From assembly GCF_036365525.1 (NCBI RefSeq), contig NW_027141701.1, positions 62,001 to 126,000 on the forward strand: a stretch of DNA of 64,000 nucleotides. The letters run 5' to 3'. Source of the DNA: Heterodontus francisci. Taxonomy: Eukaryota. A model generated the notes under the pieces. That model did no database searches. It was not told the origin of the DNA and was given only the letters and a program-made list of their open reading frames with translations. This document shows positions 62,949 through 64,000 of this stretch, in pieces. How positions within the stretch are numbered: position 1 is the first letter of the stretch; the number at the start of each line of letters is the position of its first letter. The translations under genes and the position numbers were made by a program.

Positions 62949-63128
62949 GTGAGTAATGGGGACTGAGAGGGTCTCAGTGCCAGGCTGGGTACTGGGGCAT
63001 TAACCCTTGGTCAGTGGGTAATGGGCTCTGAGAGGACTCAGTGCCAGGCTGGGTACTGGGGCATTAACCCTTGGTCAGTGGGTAATGGGCTCTGAGAGGG
63101 TTTCAGTGCTAGACTGGGCACTGGGACT
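62949..63128. repeat. 64-65-bp tandem repeat, about 2.8 copies, at the start of the intron
   Basis: Units start at 62949, 63014 and 63078. Confidence 0.9.
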
Positions 63129-63249
63129 GGAGAATGGAGAGAGACTTTAGGGGGAGTGAGGGACATGGGACTGCAGAATGGAGATAGAGAGAGAGAACGA
63201 TAGCAACAGCATTTGTATTTGATCATAATTGATTTGTACCTCAACTTCA

Positions 63250-63900
63250 TTTACCATTTCCACCTCTGTAATATCACCCTCTCTCAGCTCTTCTGCTGCT
63301 GAAACCTCATCCATGTCTTTGTTACTTTCAGACGTCACTATTCTAACACATTCCTGACTTGCCTCTCACATTCTACCCTCTGTAACCTTGCGGTCATCCA
63401 AAACCTTGCTGCCCATTTCCTAACTTGCACCAAATCCCATTCACCCATCACCCCTGTGCTCACTGACCTACACTCGCACCCAGTTAAACAAATATCAATT
63501 TGAAAATTCTCATCCATATTTTCAAATCCCTCCATGGCTTCGTCCCTTCCAACCTCTGTAACACCCTCCGGTTCCACAACCCTCTGAGATATCTGTACTG
63601 CTCTAATTCTGGCCTCTGGAACATCCCTGATTTTAAACGTTCCACCATTGGTGCCCTTACCTTTGATTGACAAGGCCTCAGGCTCTGGAATTCCCTCCCT
63701 ACACCTCTCCACCTCTCTAACTCACTTTCCTCCTTTAAGACACACCTGAAAACCTACCTCTTTAACCAAGCTTTTGATCCACTGTTCTAATATCTCCTTA
63801 TGTGGCACTCTGTCATATTTTGTTTTGTAATGCCCCTGTGAAGCACTTTGGGATATTGTGTAATGTCACAGGCACTATATAAATACAAGTTCTTGTTGTT
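63250..63900 (+). mobile_element. L2-clade LINE 3' end
   Basis: 'ETSSMSLLL/LIHVFVT' region, 'SPITPVLTDLH', 'LWNSLP', tail 'tgtgaagcactttggga...ctatataaatacaagttcttgttgtt'. Confidence 0.85.
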
Positions 63901-64000
63901 TCCCAGCTTTGCTCCATTATCCCTTGATACCCTTAGTGAACAAATATCTCTCATTTTGAAAACTCCAATTGATCCCCAGCATCCAGAGCCTTTTGATCGA
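63901..64000 (-). mobile_element. CR1 3' fragment, truncated by the window end
   Basis: 'tatcccttgataccctta...cagcatccagagccttttg' resembles 5925-6010. Confidence 0.55.

Noticed and set aside
62587-62952. 121-aa ORF as a protein-coding gene
   Set aside because: Mostly translated 54-bp repeat; the credible coding signal is the leader exon in a different frame.

Overview
Repeat-saturated vertebrate genomic DNA, almost certainly from a cartilaginous fish (shark-type V-SINE/HE1, CR1, L2, Deu-domain SINE and Penelope repeats). All homology calls were made by eye and need searches to confirm. 1-21.6 kb is a nested pile of decayed non-LTR elements (CR1, Tx1/L1, RTE, Penelope, SINEs, a tRNA-headed endonuclease LINE) with two small minisatellites. 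21.6-27.6 kb holds a minus-strand endogenous retrovirus relic: coiled-coil/capsid gag, no visible pol, an env resembling foamy-virus TM and paramyxovirus F proteins, and a candidate 3' LTR. About half the window is three consecutive tandem arrays, all C-rich on +: 37 bp (~14 kb), 33 bp (~13 kb) and 55 bp (~4.8 kb). The 33-bp array grew inside a Deu-SINE hairpin. The 55-bp array grew from the gag-pro junction of a second, related retroviral relic and splits it. The only convincing host gene signal is near the right end: an MHC class I-type promoter and a leader exon (MIGVIELVLLCGGVSA, phase-1 GTGAGT donor), suggesting an MHC class I locus that continues past the window. The very long ORFs in the arrays are artefacts of stop-free monomers.
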